Positions 63,256 to 64,000 of a DNA stretch of 64,000 nucleotides are shown here, piece after piece. Source of the stretch: Octopus bimaculoides (lineage: Eukaryota); NCBI RefSeq assembly GCF_001194135.2, contig NC_068982.1, forward strand, positions 84,145,111-84,209,110. The letters are read 5' to 3'. The first letter of the stretch is position 1; each line of letters begins with the position of its first letter. The notes beneath the pieces are model-generated. The model saw only the letters and a program-made list of their open reading frames with translations, did not search any database and was not told the origin of the DNA. The position numbers and the translations under genes are program-made.

Positions 63256-63562
63256 TTTTAAATTCTGTTTTACATGTGTTTCATTACACTAAAGAAAATG
63301 CATTATGAATAATATATAATAATAATATTATAAGTATAAAAAATTCATAATAGGTTTACATGTAGAATACATGCATGGGAATTATCCATAATTCTTTAGG
63401 CACAGATGCACAAAAAAAAATAATACTAAATAATATGATTTATCAGATAACTTTCAACAAGTATGTATGCTTCACTTAGAATAAGACATTTATATACATA
63501 AATTTGATTACCTGAATGTACAGATGCACTTCATGATGATACAGCTTGGATTATAATCCCTT

Positions 63563-63980
63563 CATCATCATCATCATCATCATCATCATTATCATCATTT
63601 AATGTCTGCTTTCCATGTTGGCATGCGTTGGATGGCTTGACTGAGGACTGGCAAGCCAGGAGGCTGCACCAGGCTCCAATCTGTTCTGGCAAGGTTTCTA
63701 CAGTTGGATGCCCTTCATAACGCCAACCACTCTGAGAGTGTAGTGAGTGCTTTTAATATGCCACCGGCATGGGGGACAGTCAGGTGGCACTGGCATCACC
63801 CACACTTGAATGGTGCTTTTTATGTGTCACCAGCATGGAAGCCAGTCAGGTGGTACTGGCATCGACCACACTTGAATGGCGCTTTTTACATGCCACCAGC
63901 ACTGGCATTGGCCATGCTTGAAAGGCGCGTTTTATGTGCCACCAGCATGGGTGCCAGTCAGGCAGCACTGGCATCAGCCA
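63563..63980 (-). mobile_element. RTE 3'UTR fragment with internal tandem units
   Basis: Long (CAT)n tail and the subfamily-1 3'UTR, with repeated 'gtcagg..gcactggcatc' units. Confidence 0.85.
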
Positions 63981-64000
63981 TATATATATATATATATATA

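Overview
AT-rich, gap-containing, repeat-dense animal genomic DNA. The repeat families (RTE LINEs with ATG-repeat tails, tRNA-derived SINEs) look like those of octopus/coleoid cephalopods; this is from recall, not a search. One host gene is well supported: FAHD1 (FAH-family acylpyruvase/oxaloacetate decarboxylase) on the + strand. Its coding exon 1 (15004-15059) and exon 2 (61689-61785) join in phase across a ~46.6 kb intron, and later exons lie beyond the window. Almost everything else is decayed transposon: several RTE LINEs of two subfamilies, a Ty3/Gypsy element with a nested RTE, Tigger/pogo, Merlin, hAT, mariner and Penelope-like remnants, Helentron RepHel remnants, MITEs and SINEs. The most interesting signals are: (1) a 17.8-24.3 kb mosaic with Helentron Rep/PIF1 plus two different deubiquitinase folds (OTU and USP); (2) a lone LTR flanked by both a PPT and a tRNA-Trp PBS and carrying a perfect heat-shock element; (3) several unrelated MITE families filled with telomere-like TTAGGG repeats; (4) inverted repeats at several scales inside the FAHD1 pre-mRNA; (5) a weak candidate head-to-head gene on the - strand. 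All alignments and counts were made by eye. Repeat boundaries are approximate unless a TIR/TSD is quoted.
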